Source of the DNA: Hyphomicrobiales bacterium | GTDB lineage: Bacteria; Pseudomonadota; Alphaproteobacteria; Rhizobiales; NORP267 | Reading direction: 5' to 3' | Assembly (NCBI GenBank): GCA_021775855.1 | Contig: JAJFGZ010000050.1 | Coordinates: 23,335-87,334 of the forward strand | Length of the DNA stretch: 64,000 bases | Shown: piece by piece, positions 8,153 through 17,889 of the stretch | Position numbering within the stretch: the first letter of the stretch is position 1 | How the letters are laid out: every line of letters begins with the position of its first letter | Notes under the pieces: model-generated | Told to the model about the DNA's origin: nothing | The model's database searches: none | The model's input: the letters and a program-made list of their open reading frames with translations, nothing else | Translations under genes and position numbers: made by a program

Positions 8153-8965
8153 CTAATTGCCCTCAAATACCGGTTCGCGCTTTTCAGCGAAGGCTTCGAA
8201 AGCGCGGCGGAAATCCTTGGTCTGCATGCAGATCGCCTGGGCACGGGCCTCTTCTTCGATGGCTTCGTCCACGCCCATATCCCATTCGGTATGGAGCATC
8301 CGTTTGGTTATCCCGTGCGCAAAAGTCGGGCCGTCCGCGATCCGGTTGGCCATTTTGGTGGCCTCCTCCAAAAGCGCACCTGGTTCGCACAAGCGGTTAT
8401 AAAAACCCCAGCGCTCGGCCTCGTCGCCGGGCATCGCGCGGCCGGTATAGAGCAATTCTGAAGTGCGGCCATGACCGATGATCCGGGGCAGCATGTTGCA
8501 CGCCCCCATGTCGCACCCGGCCAGGCCGACCTTTACAAACAGGAAGGCAACTTTTGACCTGGCGGTGCCGTAGCGCAGGTCAGACCCCATCGCGAGGCAG
8601 GCCCCGGCACCGACGCATATGCCATCGATTGCCGCAATTATCGGCTGCGGGCAGGCACGCATGGCGCGCACCACCGCGCCGGTCATGCGGGTAAATTTGA
8701 GCAGGTCGGGCATGCTCATTTTGGTCAATGGCTCGATGATTTCGAAGACGTCGCCACCAGCACAGAAATTGTCCCCCGCCCCTGTCAGAACGATCGACTT
8801 GATATCTTCATCGTGGCAGAGCGCTTCGAATGTCTGGCGCAACTCGGCGTAGGATTCAAACGTCAGCGGGTTCTTCCTGTCGGGGCGATTCAGGGTCAAG
8901 GTAGCCACCTTGCCATCGACCTCCCAGAGGAAATGCCGGGCCTTGTAATCGGTCAAGTTTGTCAT
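8153..8965 (-). CDS. Enoyl-CoA hydratase/isomerase (crotonase) family
   Basis: 270 aa. Contains [19 protein letters not shown] and [21 protein letters not shown] (crotonase oxyanion-hole pattern). Confidence 0.85.
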   Translation of the reverse strand: MTNLTDYKARHFLWEVDGKVATLTLNRPDRKNPLTFESYAELRQTFEALCHDEDIKSIVLTGAGDNFCAGGDVFEIIEPLTKMSMPDLLKFTRMTGAVVRAMRACPQPIIAAIDGICVGAGACLAMGSDLRYGTARSKVAFLFVKVGLAGCDMGACNMLPRIIGHGRTSELLYTGRAMPGDEAERWGFYNRLCEPGALLEEATKMANRIADGPTFAHGITKRMLHTEWDMGVDEAIEEEARAQAICMQTKDFRRAFEAFAEKREPVFEGN

Positions 8966-9492
8966 GAGGCTTGCTCCTTGCCGACAATGCGCCGGTCGGC
9001 AGCACGTTCGGCGGAAATTTTCAATTTGGCCAGCATGTCCTGCAACTCACTAGCACTCGCTGTATCGACATCTGCAAAAATCTCACCGATCCACTGGCTG
9101 TGGATCGCGGCCATTCTCTCAAAAAAATCTCGCCCCTGATCGGTCAGACAAATGCGCTGCACCCGCCGGTCGCGGGGATCCGCCCGGCGCTCGACATGCC
9201 CGTCCTTGGCGAGGCGGTCGGTCAGGCCAGTGATGTTGCCGCCAGTTACCATCAGGCGCTGTCCGAGGTCCGTCATGGTCAGTTCGTTTTCGCCAGCCCG
9301 ATAAAGCTGCGCCAGAAAATCGAAGCGCGCGAGTGAAATACCAAAATTCTCGCGGAGTCGCTGTTGGAGTTCATATTCGACAAAATTGGTGCAGGACAAA
9401 AGACGTAGCCAAAGTCGCAAATCATCCCGATTATTTTCAGTCACCTGAACACCTCCTCGCCCGCTGCTGCTCGTGCCCCATGGTGGCACCAT
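8962..9492 (-). CDS. MarR-family transcriptional regulator (start uncertain)
   Basis: Winged-HTH MarR pattern: [14 protein letters not shown]...[41 protein letters not shown]. First gene of the CoA operon. Confidence 0.8.
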   Translation of the reverse strand: MVPPWGTSSSGRGGVQVTENNRDDLRLWLRLLSCTNFVEYELQQRLRENFGISLARFDFLAQLYRAGENELTMTDLGQRLMVTGGNITGLTDRLAKDGHVERRADPRDRRVQRICLTDQGRDFFERMAAIHSQWIGEIFADVDTASASELQDMLAKLKISAERAADRRIVGKEQAS

Positions 9493-9653
9493 CGCATTCG
9501 ATGCCCGAATCCGGTGTAAATAGCCGCACCTTCAGGATTGCAAAAATGCTAGAAATTATTAGTACGAAAGTCAATTATTTATATATCAAACTTGTCCCAT
9601 TGCCTGAACCGGATCGTTGGTTAGAATAAAATCTGGGTCGCCGTCGGTGGCCC

Positions 9654-10097
9654 GTGAATTCTGGGATTGGTATCGTGACCAGAAACCGGAAAGTCGATCG
9701 CGCCCTGGCTCTGAAGGGAGCCTACGCTGTAAGTCTGATGCTGGCTGGAATCGCCCCTGCCGGTGCCGAGGGGAACCCGGAAAGGGGCGAGAAAATCGCC
9801 AGTGAGGGTTGCGCACGGTGTCACGCAATCTCCGAGGCACACCGTTTTTCCGGCATCGGCTCAACGCCATCCTTCATGATGATGGTAAATTTCATGGGTG
9901 ATTGGGAAGAACGTTTTCAGACTTTCTATGCACGACGCCCGCACTTTGTTCATATCCGTGTTGAGGGAATAGCCCCTCTGACGACATTACCGTCCAATGC
10001 GGCCATTATCGAGTTGACGCTGGACGATGTCGACGATCTGGTCGCGTATGCGCGCTCTTTGCAGGACCCAGATGATACCGGGGAACCCGCTGACTAG
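9654..10097 (+). CDS. Small periplasmic c-type cytochrome-like protein
   Basis: 147 aa with a signal-like N-terminus and a single CxxCH heme motif (GCARCH). Confidence 0.6.
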   Translation: MNSGIGIVTRNRKVDRALALKGAYAVSLMLAGIAPAGAEGNPERGEKIASEGCARCHAISEAHRFSGIGSTPSFMMMVNFMGDWEERFQTFYARRPHFVHIRVEGIAPLTTLPSNAAIIELTLDDVDDLVAYARSLQDPDDTGEPAD

Positions 10098-10465
10098 GAC
10101 GGATCGCGGCTTAGGCCCTTTTCACCGATTTCCTGCTTGTAGCGCTCCCACAGAAAATCGTGGTCACGGGCAATCTGTGAAAGATAATCCCAGGAATATA
10201 TGCCGGTATCATGCAGATCCGTAAATGTCAGACGGATTGCATAATTCCCCACCGGTTCAACCTTCATGATTTCGATATTGCGTTTGCCCGGGATCGTCTG
10301 GCGCTGGGACGGACTATGACCCTGCACCTCCGCGCTAGGGCTGACGATGCGTAGATATTCAGCAGTATAGTCGTGGGTCTGGTCATCCGAAAAGGCAACG
10401 GTCAGGCTTTTCTTGTCCTTGGCCAGCCGAATTTCGGTGGGCCAGGGTTTAACGTCAGTGGTCAT
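10094..10465 (-). CDS. DUF971-like protein (gamma-butyrobetaine-hydroxylase N-terminal-like domain)
   Basis: 123 aa. Pattern YTAEYLRIVSPSAEVQGH...VGNYAIRLTFTDLHDTGIYSWDYL matches my memory of DUF971. Confidence 0.6.
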   Translation of the reverse strand: MTTDVKPWPTEIRLAKDKKSLTVAFSDDQTHDYTAEYLRIVSPSAEVQGHSPSQRQTIPGKRNIEIMKVEPVGNYAIRLTFTDLHDTGIYSWDYLSQIARDHDFLWERYKQEIGEKGLSRDPS

Positions 10466-10620
10466 GATGGTGATCCAGGGTTGAAAGCACGAAATTGCGT
10501 AGTTCGAACTGATTTTACAATACCATTAAGGCGAATGGCGGTTTATATTTCCCCGGTGGAAAGATCAACCCAACAATCATCGCCTCCGCCACGGCCAACA
10601 GGTTCCAAAGTGCGTATTTC

Positions 10621-11340
10621 ATGAACAGCATTCTCGAAGGATTTAGCGAAGCTTTCGGTCTGTTGATCTCGCTTGATCCTGATCTTATTGAAATCGTTCT
10701 TCTTTCCCTTCGGGTATCGCTCACCGCGGTCTTCTTTAGCGCCCTGATCGGGTTGCCGCTCGGCGCCGTGCTGGCCGTTGCAAAATTTCCTGGTCGGCGG
10801 CTCATGATCGTTCTGATTAACGCCTTTATGGGACTGCCACCGGTTGTCGTTGGCCTGGTTGTTTATCTGCTGCTCTCGCGGTCAGGTCCGTTCGGGGTGC
10901 TTGGTCTATTGTTCACCCCGACCGCCATGATTATTGCTCAAACGATCCTGATCACGCCGATCGTGGCGTCGCTAACCAGACAGTCCATTTCCGATCTCTG
11001 GCTGGCTTACCGCGACCTCCTGCATTCGTTCGATGCCAGCCCGATGCAGATCATGCGCACCCTTCTCTGGGAAGGACGGGTATCGCTCATGACCGGAATC
11101 CTCGCCGGATTTGGCCGGGCAATCGCAGAAGTCGGGGCCGTGATGATTGTCGGCGGCAATATCGACCGGGCCACCCGGGTGCTCACCACGGCCATCGCGC
11201 TTGAGACCAGCAAGGGCGATCTTGGATTGGCGCTTGGCCTCGGGATCGTGCTCGTTACCATCGCGATTGTGGTCAACATTCTCACCCTGTCGGTCGGCCA
11301 GGTGGTGGGCGGCCAATCTCTCGAAGGCCGGGCGCCTTGA
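10621..11340 (+). CDS. tupB: Tungstate/oxyanion ABC transporter permease (TupB-like)
   Basis: 239-aa polytopic membrane protein with an ABC permease EAA-like loop. Operon with a TupA-type binding protein. Confidence 0.7.
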   Translation: MNSILEGFSEAFGLLISLDPDLIEIVLLSLRVSLTAVFFSALIGLPLGAVLAVAKFPGRRLMIVLINAFMGLPPVVVGLVVYLLLSRSGPFGVLGLLFTPTAMIIAQTILITPIVASLTRQSISDLWLAYRDLLHSFDASPMQIMRTLLWEGRVSLMTGILAGFGRAIAEVGAVMIVGGNIDRATRVLTTAIALETSKGDLGLALGLGIVLVTIAIVVNILTLSVGQVVGGQSLEGRAP

Positions 11341-12023
11341 GCAAAATCCTGCCCCTCACCCTCAATAATGTCTTCTACCGGGTCGGCGAAGATCGCCTGA
11401 TCCAGGATGTCAGCCTGCGGTTTGAAGCCGGCCCGATTACGCTGGTGATTGGCCCAAACGGGGCCGGCAAGAGCCTGTTGCTGCGCCTCTGCCACGGATT
11501 GATCGCGCCAGAATCCGGATCGATCGCCTGGGGTGGGTCGGACGCCGTGCAAGCCGCCAAACACCAGGCCTTGGTGTTTCAAAAGCCAATCCTGCTGCGC
11601 CGGTCGGTATACGCAAACATCGCCTACCCCCTTCAAATTGGGGGCGTCTTGCGCGATACCGAGATCGTCGACCGGGTGCAGGAAGCGCTGAAACTCGCCG
11701 GGCTTGAACATATTGCCGATAGGCCCGCAAAAGTGCTCTCGGGTGGTGAACAGCAGAAGCTGGCGCTCGCGCGCGCCCGTGCACAGCGCCCCGAGGTTCT
11801 GTTTCTCGACGAACCGACCGCCAACCTGGATCCGCGCAGTCTGAAAGATGTTGAAGCCTTGATCCGGGCATTGCACAAAGCCGGCACCAAAATCATCATG
11901 ACATCCCATGACATGGCCCAGGTAAAACGATTGGCGGATGAAATCGTCTTTATATATGATGGCCGGATTGTTGAAGCGGGGCCCGCCGAAAAGGTGCTCC
12001 GCAGCCGACACATTAAATATTAG
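11337..12023 (+). CDS. tupC: ABC transporter ATP-binding protein (TupC-like)
   Basis: Walker A GPNGAGKS, signature LSGGEQQ, Walker B LFLDEPT. TTG start overlaps the tupB stop. Confidence 0.75.
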   Translation: MSKILPLTLNNVFYRVGEDRLIQDVSLRFEAGPITLVIGPNGAGKSLLLRLCHGLIAPESGSIAWGGSDAVQAAKHQALVFQKPILLRRSVYANIAYPLQIGGVLRDTEIVDRVQEALKLAGLEHIADRPAKVLSGGEQQKLALARARAQRPEVLFLDEPTANLDPRSLKDVEALIRALHKAGTKIIMTSHDMAQVKRLADEIVFIYDGRIVEAGPAEKVLRSRHIKY

Positions 12024-12071
12024 GGCAGCTCAAAGCCGGAGACCGAGCGGCGGCTGCATCAAGGAGTTGCA

Positions 12072-12917
12072 GTGATGTGGTTGTTTAATAGATTTATTCT
12101 GGCTTTGCTGTTCGCGATCTTATTGGTGGCACCACGCGTCGCGACCGCCCAGGAAAACTCAATCACCGTGGCGGTGACCACATCCTTCGAAAATTCGGGC
12201 CTGGCCGAAGTTCTGCTGCCGCAGCTACTTGAAGATACCGGGCTTGAAGTGCGGCTTGTTGTCGTTGGCACTGGTCAGGCGCTCAAACTCGGAGAGAATG
12301 GTGACGTTGATGCGGTCCTTGTGCACGCCAGGCAGGCGGAACTGGCCTTCATCGAAGCCGGCTTTGGCACCGAGCGGATTGAAATCATGTACAACGATTT
12401 CGTCATTGTTGGTCCCTCCGGGGACCCGGCGGGGATCCGCGATATGAGCGGTGTCGCCGAGGTGTTGGGGCAAATCGCTACAACCGAGTCTATTTTTTCC
12501 AGTCGGGGCGATGATAGCGGGACCCATAAAAAGGAAATATCTCTATGGGCGCTGGCCGGGATCGACGCAGAAAATCTTGAAGCGCCCTGGTACCGCTCAA
12601 CCGGGTCCGGGATGGGCGCCACGCTGAACATTGCGGCGGCAACAGACAGCTATATTCTCACCGACCGGGGCACCTGGATCAGCTTCGGGAACAAACAAGA
12701 TCTCCAAATTCTGTTCGACGGCGACCCGCCGCTCAACAACCAGTATTCGATCCTTCTGATCAATCCCGAGCGGCACCCCTACATCAATATGGAAGGGGCG
12801 AGGCTATTTGCCGACTGGATGGCAAGCGAACGCGGCCAGCAGGTGATTGGGGGATACCGTCTCGAGGGCGAGCAATTGTTCCATCCCAATGCTTCAATGG
12901 CTGGCGGACCGTCTTAG
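12072..12917 (+). CDS. tupA: Tungstate-binding periplasmic protein (TupA-like)
   Basis: Signal peptide. VTTSFENSGL, VVGTGQALKLGENGDVDAVLVHA and MYNDFVIVGPSGDPAGI match the TupA signature (TTTS..DSGL / NDFVIVGP) from memory. Confidence 0.75.
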   Translation: MMWLFNRFILALLFAILLVAPRVATAQENSITVAVTTSFENSGLAEVLLPQLLEDTGLEVRLVVVGTGQALKLGENGDVDAVLVHARQAELAFIEAGFGTERIEIMYNDFVIVGPSGDPAGIRDMSGVAEVLGQIATTESIFSSRGDDSGTHKKEISLWALAGIDAENLEAPWYRSTGSGMGATLNIAAATDSYILTDRGTWISFGNKQDLQILFDGDPPLNNQYSILLINPERHPYINMEGARLFADWMASERGQQVIGGYRLEGEQLFHPNASMAGGPS

Positions 12918-12920
12918 CCT

Positions 12921-14249
12921 GTGGCTTACAGGCGGCAGAATTTGTCCGGTGTAAAAGGTACCGCTGCGGGACTTATTGTGGGGCTGGCGGCATTCGCCGC
13001 GCAGGCGCAGGAAGTCGACCTCCTCATCCCGGGGTCGGCTATAGACAGCCTCAAAGCCGTGTGTGTGACGGCGAATGAAGGGGCAACCAGTCTCGATACC
13101 CTGGCCCGCGAATTTCAGGTGGCGCCTCAGAATGTCTCGAACCTGAACGTGAACCCCAATCTCGTCACCGCTGATATTCTTGGCGACCAGCACCAATTCC
13201 GGGTATCGGTCCGGCTCCCGGGTTCGCCATCCCAGCGCACCCGCCTGGAAGCGATTACGGCCGGCGATCAGCTGATCCAGCTCTCGTTTCTGTTGCAGGC
13301 AGGCCCGGCGTGCGAACTCGATCTTACGCGGGCAGTCGTATTTGATGAAGACGGTTTGCCAGCCGATCTGGTGCACCTGGCGGGTGACCCGCCTTCGGTC
13401 GAATCGCGGGAGCCCCTCAATCCGGGGGTGCCGTCTGGACGCGACCCAGGCGGGATCGCGGTGGCCCACGTGGATTCAGGCGTTAATTACCTGTTGCCGC
13501 AAATCAGTTCGCGGCTCGCCCGCGACACCCAGGGTATCATTCTCGGCCTCGACATGTTCGATGACGACCAGTTGCCGTTCGACTTTGATCCGGAGTCATC
13601 GCCGCTGACCCCGCGCCGCCACGGCACCGGGGTCGCAAGCCTGTTGCTCGGCGAAGCTCCCGCCGCGCGGCTGATCCCGTACCGGCATCCGGGGCGCGAT
13701 TATGGAGCGTTTGAGGACCTGGTCGAGGATATTGCTGAAGGACCAGCGCGGATTGTCGCCATGCCGCTTGGTGGGTATCGCAAGTCCGACTGGGACCGGC
13801 TTGGCGCAGCAATCATAGCCCATCCGGAGTTGCTGTTTGTCGTCTCGGCGGGCAATGACGGGCGCGATATCGATAGCGAGCCGGTCTACCCGGCATCTTT
13901 CAGCGCCGACAATCTGCTCGTGGTGACATCGGTCGACACCTTTGGCGTGCTCGCGGTCGAGTCTAATTGGGGTGCCGTTTCTGTCGATATCGCGGTGCCG
14001 GCGGAGCAGATTGAGACGACTGATTATCGCGGCGCGTTGGTCCGGGCGTCCGGCGCCAGCTACGCGGTGCCCCGGGTTGCTGCTCTAGCGGCGCGGATTT
14101 CGGCCGCCAATCCCACCTGGTCAACGAGCGATATCAAAGACGCGATTATCAGCTTGGCCAGCCCGCTGCCGCGCCCGGGCACGGACCGCGTCCGGCACGG
14201 CTGGATCGTCAACCCGGCACTTGTCGGGCCGAACCCGCCGCTGCGCTAA
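12921..14249 (+). CDS. Secreted subtilisin-like serine peptidase (S8 family)
   Basis: Asp-His-Ser triad contexts: AHVDSGVNY, HGTGVASLL, SGASYAVPRVAALAA. Signal-like N-terminus. Confidence 0.8.
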   Translation: MAYRRQNLSGVKGTAAGLIVGLAAFAAQAQEVDLLIPGSAIDSLKAVCVTANEGATSLDTLAREFQVAPQNVSNLNVNPNLVTADILGDQHQFRVSVRLPGSPSQRTRLEAITAGDQLIQLSFLLQAGPACELDLTRAVVFDEDGLPADLVHLAGDPPSVESREPLNPGVPSGRDPGGIAVAHVDSGVNYLLPQISSRLARDTQGIILGLDMFDDDQLPFDFDPESSPLTPRRHGTGVASLLLGEAPAARLIPYRHPGRDYGAFEDLVEDIAEGPARIVAMPLGGYRKSDWDRLGAAIIAHPELLFVVSAGNDGRDIDSEPVYPASFSADNLLVVTSVDTFGVLAVESNWGAVSVDIAVPAEQIETTDYRGALVRASGASYAVPRVAALAARISAANPTWSTSDIKDAIISLASPLPRPGTDRVRHGWIVNPALVGPNPPLR

Positions 14250-14259
14250 ACGGATAAAA

Positions 14260-14952
14260 TTACCGGCGGAAGAACCTGGAAATATCGGTGGACAGGCCGA
14301 CGCGGACGATATGCAGGTTGTCGATGCTGACATTGGTCACGCCGCCTGCAAACGCCATATTTTCGTTCCCCAGATCCACATATTGATAATCGAGCCGTGC
14401 GGTCCAGTCGTCGGACATCGCCCAATCGATGCCGCCGCCAACTACATAACCGACAAAAATATCGTCTCGATTACCACCACCGGGGTTCAATGCCGGGGGA
14501 AGGGTCACTTCTACTTCGCCATAAGCTACGCCTGCGGTCACGAACGGCAGGACATTATCGTAGGCCACACCGACGCGACCCCGGAATGTGCTGAGCCAGT
14601 TGATCTCTGTCGTACAGGTAACGCAAACACTAGCCGGCGATGTTGTCCCTTCGAGACTGCCGAAGGCGGTATCCGTATCGATCCCGAAAACGATATTGCC
14701 GGACTGGAAATTGTACCCGCTCATTGTCCCGATCAGACCACCGTCGATCGTATAATCGCCGGTGTTCCCAAAAGGCCCGACAAGGCGCGCGTCACCTGAG
14801 GCGTATCCGCCCTTGATACCAAAGTACCAGCCCGACCAGTCGTGGCTATATTGAGTGCCGGGGGTAGCCATGTCTGCGGCGTTCGCAGCGCCGGTCATCG
14901 CAACGCTTGCAAGTGCGATCAGTGAAACTGACCCTGCCAGGAGTTTATTCAT
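14260..14952 (-). CDS. Outer-membrane beta-barrel protein (Omp25/Omp31/porin-family-like)
   Basis: Signal peptide MNKLLAGSVSLIALASVAMTGAANA. Alternating aromatic/Gly beta-strand pattern and a C-terminal aromatic-rich strand. Confidence 0.7.
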   Translation of the reverse strand: MNKLLAGSVSLIALASVAMTGAANAADMATPGTQYSHDWSGWYFGIKGGYASGDARLVGPFGNTGDYTIDGGLIGTMSGYNFQSGNIVFGIDTDTAFGSLEGTTSPASVCVTCTTEINWLSTFRGRVGVAYDNVLPFVTAGVAYGEVEVTLPPALNPGGGNRDDIFVGYVVGGGIDWAMSDDWTARLDYQYVDLGNENMAFAGGVTNVSIDNLHIVRVGLSTDISRFFRR

Positions 14953-15080
14953 CGATCAAAATCCTGTTCTTCTCGGTTTCCCGGATACCTGGTGAAGGCC
15001 ATCGTTGATTGCAATATCAATTGCAATCAACTTTTCGCGCGATTCTCGAACAAAAAGTGTACCGGGAAGGGTTGAATAAA

Positions 15081-16211
15081 TTATTGAGACCGGCGCTGGG
15101 GTGGCGCCGGGATATCGGCGTCCAGAAACCGCTGGGCCGCCTCGGCCATTTGCGGGTTGTGCTCGCGGACCAGCGCGACACCGCGCTCGGCCAAGGCCAA
15201 ATCCCCGCCCCACTTGCCCGCCTGGACCGCGAACCGTTGGAGCATCGGTTCCTCGGGGATTAGATCGAGCAGCGCTCGGACGATCGGGACTTCCTCTTCG
15301 TAGCGCCCGAGTAGATGCAGGGTTGTAAGGTACCCCAATCTGGTCTTGACGGCTTCGGGTTCGATCTCGAGCGAGGCCTCGAATAATCGTGCCGACGATT
15401 CATAGGCACCATGGCGTCCAGCCTCTGTCGCCGCTAAATCGATCATCTGCCGATTGCCGGTATCCAGACAGGCCTGTTGCAATTCGCTTAAAATAGTGAC
15501 CGGTAGCGGGCCAGTTATGCCCTTGGTCTCCTCGACCATCTGGTCGCAGCCCCGGAAAGCCAGGCCGATACGCCTGCTCTCCGGGTCATGACCAGGCCCG
15601 CTCATATTCTGGAGGCGCGTCAATTCGCGCACCGGGACAGCTTCGTTCATCCCCTGTCCGCCGGACGCGATCACGCCGACAAGTTCGCCTTCACCGTCTA
15701 CCAGTGCACCGCCGCTATTCCCGGGTTGGGAATAGGCCTGGTGGTGCAGCCGCGCGCCGACCGTATTGCCGAGGAGGGTACGGCGGCCGGAAGGGTAAAT
15801 CCGGATTTCTCCGGTGGCGATTTCCGCGCCGATGGCCTGGTAGGGACCGGTATCGTCGTCATCATCCAGAGAAATAGACGGGCCGTCGTCAAGGTCGGCC
15901 TCGATCAACACCAGATCACCCGGATAACTGGTCGGGATAATTGTCCCTACAACCTTGCTGCCGTCGGTGCGGACTATCTCGACCTCGGCGAGATCGACCA
16001 CGAGATGGCGGTTGGTCACGAGCCTGTCCGGGGCAATCCGCACGGCGCTGCCGAGGGGATAATAATCTGTCGAGATCGCGAACACGGATGCCCGGGCTGC
16101 ACATACACCCGCTGCATAGGGGCAATCGGACTGGGACTGGGCCGACGCGGCAACTGGCACGAGCAAAGCCGCGCTTAGCAACATCGATTTGGATACTTTG
16201 CGAAACCCCAT
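15081..16211 (-). CDS. Secreted trypsin-like serine protease fused to a helical-repeat (TPR-like) C-terminal domain
   Basis: Signal peptide. LVTNRHLV (His), GNSGGALV (Ser). The C-terminal ~150 aa are helical-repeat-like. Confidence 0.7.
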   Translation of the reverse strand: MGFRKVSKSMLLSAALLVPVAASAQSQSDCPYAAGVCAARASVFAISTDYYPLGSAVRIAPDRLVTNRHLVVDLAEVEIVRTDGSKVVGTIIPTSYPGDLVLIEADLDDGPSISLDDDDDTGPYQAIGAEIATGEIRIYPSGRRTLLGNTVGARLHHQAYSQPGNSGGALVDGEGELVGVIASGGQGMNEAVPVRELTRLQNMSGPGHDPESRRIGLAFRGCDQMVEETKGITGPLPVTILSELQQACLDTGNRQMIDLAATEAGRHGAYESSARLFEASLEIEPEAVKTRLGYLTTLHLLGRYEEEVPIVRALLDLIPEEPMLQRFAVQAGKWGGDLALAERGVALVREHNPQMAEAAQRFLDADIPAPPQRRSQ

Positions 16212-16242
16212 CCGGGTATCAAAGTTGAGCTATCGTCATGCG

Positions 16243-16896
16243 TCAAGCTTGGGGAACAAGAAACTCTTCCCCGGTTTTGACCCAGGGCGGGTATTTGGTC
16301 ATCACGCCTGTAAAGAGCGGCGACGCAATCTGTCTCTCCAGCCATGCCTGAAGGGCGGATAAATTAAGTCCCGCGAACCATTCGGGATCGACGCCGGCGA
16401 ACTGACGGACAAACGGAAAAATCGCGATGTCGGCCAGCGCCAGACGATCGCCAAAAAGATTGACGCTGGACTGTAACCGGTCATCCAACACTTCAAGAAA
16501 TTCCAGCGCCCTGCCCCGCGCGGCCAAACGACCGCTTTCATCCCCGTCTGTCGCATATTTATACGCGTCGAGATTTGGTTTGAAGTCGCTTTCGCAGCGC
16601 GCAATCAGATCCAGCATGTCCTGCCGGGTACCGGATAGCGGAGCGCATAGCTCATCGGGATCGGCTCCGGCCAACGCCCAGAGCATGATGTCGAGGCTCT
16701 CATCGACTATTTCTCCGTCGGCGGTCACAAGCACCGGGACAGTCGCTTTCGCCGAATGGGCGATAAATTCGGCGGGTTTATCGCGCAGGACGATCTCGCG
16801 CAGCCGGACAGATTTGCCGCTTGAGGAAATCGCCATCCGTGCCCGCATAGCGTAAGGGCAGCGGCGGAACGACCAGATAAGCGGCGACTTGATCAT
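16243..16896 (-). CDS. Glutathione S-transferase family protein (Cys-type N-terminal motif)
   Basis: 217 aa. Thioredoxin-like N-terminal domain with RRCPYAMRAR, TVPVL and ESLDI. Confidence 0.7.
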   Translation of the reverse strand: MIKSPLIWSFRRCPYAMRARMAISSSGKSVRLREIVLRDKPAEFIAHSAKATVPVLVTADGEIVDESLDIMLWALAGADPDELCAPLSGTRQDMLDLIARCESDFKPNLDAYKYATDGDESGRLAARGRALEFLEVLDDRLQSSVNLFGDRLALADIAIFPFVRQFAGVDPEWFAGLNLSALQAWLERQIASPLFTGVMTKYPPWVKTGEEFLVPQA

Positions 16897-17846
16897 GGGT
16901 CTGATTTCGAAAGCGTCGACGCATCAGCACCGATATGGGCCACGCCCCGCTTTTTGGCCAGATCGATCTGGCGCTGGCGGGACGCGTAGCGCTGGCGTTG
17001 TTGGTCCGAGCGTTCGTCATGACAGGCCGGGCAGGAAATTCCGGGAATAAATAATTCTGATTTTCTAGCAGCCGCGCTCACGGGCCGTCTGCAGGCGTGG
17101 CACATCCCGTAGGAGCCGGGCCTCAACCCGTGGCCGACCGAAACCCGCTGGTCAAAGACAAAACATTCGCCTTCCCACAAGCTTTCGTCTTCGGGCACGT
17201 CTTCCAGGTATTTCAGGATCCCGCCCTTCAGATGATAAACCTGATCGAACCCCCGCGACTTCAGCAGGGCGGTGGATTTTTCGCAGCGAATTCCCCCGGT
17301 GCAGAACATGGCGATCTTCGCTTCGCCGCGCAGATCCTTAAAATTGTCGACCCACTTCGGAAATTCGCCAAACGACGCTGTTTCGGGATTGGTCGCGCCG
17401 CGGAATGTGCCGATCTCAACTTCGTAATCGTTGCGGGTGTCGATCAGGATGGTATCAGGATCGGAAATAAGGGCATTCCAATCGGCAGGTTCCACATAGT
17501 TGCCGGCATTGTTGACCGGATCCACGTCGCCCGCGCCAAGGGTCACAATCTCTTTCTTGAGGCGTACTTTCATACGCAGGAACGGGTTTTCCTCGGCAAG
17601 GGATTCCTTGTGTTCAAGATCAGCGCAACCGGGCAGGCTCCTGATATGCCGCAACACCTGATCGACCCCGGTCCGGCTCGCAGCGATCGTCCCGTTGATG
17701 CCTTCGGGCGCCAACAGCAATGTGCCGCGCGCGCGCGCCTCCTGGCACACCTCGTGCAGAGGCGTGCGTAACGATGCGGGGTCGGAAAATCGGGCAAACT
17801 TATACAGTGCGGCGACGACAAACTGGTTCGATTGATCAGACATCAA
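16893..17846 (-). CDS. trhO: Rhodanese-domain tRNA uridine(34) hydroxylase (UPF0176/YceA/TrhO)
   Basis: AALYKF, APEGINGT, and the rhodanese active-site loop CTGGIRCEKS. Confidence 0.8.
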   Translation of the reverse strand: MMSDQSNQFVVAALYKFARFSDPASLRTPLHEVCQEARARGTLLLAPEGINGTIAASRTGVDQVLRHIRSLPGCADLEHKESLAEENPFLRMKVRLKKEIVTLGAGDVDPVNNAGNYVEPADWNALISDPDTILIDTRNDYEVEIGTFRGATNPETASFGEFPKWVDNFKDLRGEAKIAMFCTGGIRCEKSTALLKSRGFDQVYHLKGGILKYLEDVPEDESLWEGECFVFDQRVSVGHGLRPGSYGMCHACRRPVSAAARKSELFIPGISCPACHDERSDQQRQRYASRQRQIDLAKKRGVAHIGADASTLSKSDP

Positions 17847-17889
17847 GAAAAACTCGTGGTCGAATACCGGCCACCTTGCTGGACGCCGG

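Noticed and set aside
10466-10620. Possible Moco/Wco riboswitch upstream of tupB (and likewise upstream of moaA, 35886-36157), because such genes often carry one. Both leaders contain CCUCCG-like strings.
   Set aside because: I could not assemble the conserved multi-stem Moco motif by eye. The CCUCCG strings sit too close to the start codons to leave room for the aptamer. This needs cmsearch with the Rfam Moco model (RF01055); a hit would overturn the rejection.
11007-12011. Long antisense ORFs: 334 aa (-) opposite tupC; also 59479-60546 (-) opposite the phosphomannomutase gene, 55285-56160 (+) opposite the MBL/GST genes, 42462-43115 (-), 51572-52162 (-), 33439-34203 (+) and 17097-17771 (+).
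   Set aside because: They are typical high-GC shadow ORFs. Their composition is Arg/Gly/Pro-rich and low-complexity, they show no family motifs, and each overlaps a gene with clear family signatures on the other strand.
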